From an uncultured Verrucomicrobiae bacterium (GTDB lineage Bacteria; Verrucomicrobiota; Verrucomicrobiia; Chthoniobacterales; UBA10450), in NCBI GenBank assembly GCA_963815455.1, contig CAWFGO010000001.1:256001-320000 (forward strand): a stretch of 64,000 nt of DNA, in the 5' to 3' direction. Under the pieces are notes generated by a model that was not told the DNA's origin, did not search any database, and was given only the letters and a program-made list of their open reading frames with translations. Every line of letters begins with the position of its first letter. Position 1 is the first letter of the stretch. A program made the position numbers and the translations under genes. This document shows, in pieces, positions 63,417-64,000 of this stretch.

Positions 63417-64000
63417 TTCTTAATTTTCGATTTTCGGTCCGAGCCGGACGGGCATCTTTCGATTTTCGATCTAATCGTCCGATTCGCGTCAGCAGGAGCT
63501 TCGGGAACTTTTTCCGCCAACTTGTTTCCAATCGTTTTCGGTCACGCGGCGATACGGCGAAGAGCAGTTCGTAATCTTCACCGTCGGAGATGGCGTTGTC
63601 GACGGTGGCGCCGCGATTGAGCGGCAAGCGGTCGATGTCGATCTTAAAACCGGTTTTGCTGGCGCGGGCAAGACGCGGGAGGTCGGCGCCGAGGCCGTCG
63701 CTCAAATCCATCATGGCGTGGATCGAAAAATTTTCCGTGAGCCAGCGCGACTCCGTAATGCGCGGCATGAACCGCAAATGTTTTCCATCGATCGCACCGC
63801 CAAGGCGTCCAGTGACGAAAAGATCGTCGCCCGGTTTTCCGCCACGACGCGAGGCCCAGCGCGCCTTTTCAACCAAGCCAACCACGCTTACGGAAATGAC
63901 CGCCGGCCCGGGCGTGCCGCTCATTTCTCCACCTACGATGCTAACATGAAAGCGCATCGCAGCTTTTCCTAACCCGCGATAAATCCTTGTCACCCAATCG
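63394..64000 (-). CDS. thiL: Thiamine-monophosphate kinase (5' truncated by the window edge)
   Basis: 'GDDLFVTGRLG', 'MDLSDGL' and 'GEDYELLF'. Confidence 0.9.
   Translation of the reverse strand, partial: DWVTRIYRGLGKAAMRFHVSIVGGEMSGTPGPAVISVSVVGLVEKARWASRRGGKPGDDLFVTGRLGGAIDGKHLRFMPRITESRWLTENFSIHAMMDLSDGLGADLPRLARASKTGFKIDIDRLPLNRGATVDNAISDGEDYELLFAVSPRDRKRLETSWRKKFPKLLLTRIGRLDRKSKDARPARTENRKLRSGYVHFQ

Overview
GC-rich bacterial chromosomal window, most likely Verrucomicrobiota (Chthoniobacterales-like). This is inferred from a VPDSG-type C-terminal sorting signal, a Planctomycetes/Verrucomicrobia-type small protein and dockerin-tailed secreted proteins. It contains core genes (glgP, aroF, mfd, surA, pdxA, dksA-like, rpmG, rpsR, alr, tsaB, tsaE, thiL), RND, MacAB and ABC-2 transporters, and an unusual minus-strand cluster: a two-subunit ATP-citrate-lyase-like enzyme, an HD-like protein, a fused homoaconitase-like enzyme and a beta-decarboxylating dehydrogenase. 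The main accessory feature (about 30.1-38.2 kb) is an integron-type gene-cassette array. It has about 10 cassettes, closely related 123-124 bp attC sites and an attI-like site at 38174-38191, but no integron integrase anywhere in the window. A 66-aa unknown ORF sits where intI would be. The array also holds an IS110 remnant where an attC should be, and an attC invaded by nested palindromic repeats. Several families of short palindromic (REP/RPE-like) elements occur throughout, including in-frame inside mfd, the RND pump, pdxA and a glycoside hydrolase. A dockerin-tailed gene appears to have inserted at the 3' end of the homoaconitase gene, leaving a 65-bp duplication. Several single-base frameshifts in short homopolymers look like sequencing errors. 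All calls come from reading the sequence and the ORF track by eye; no database searches were run.
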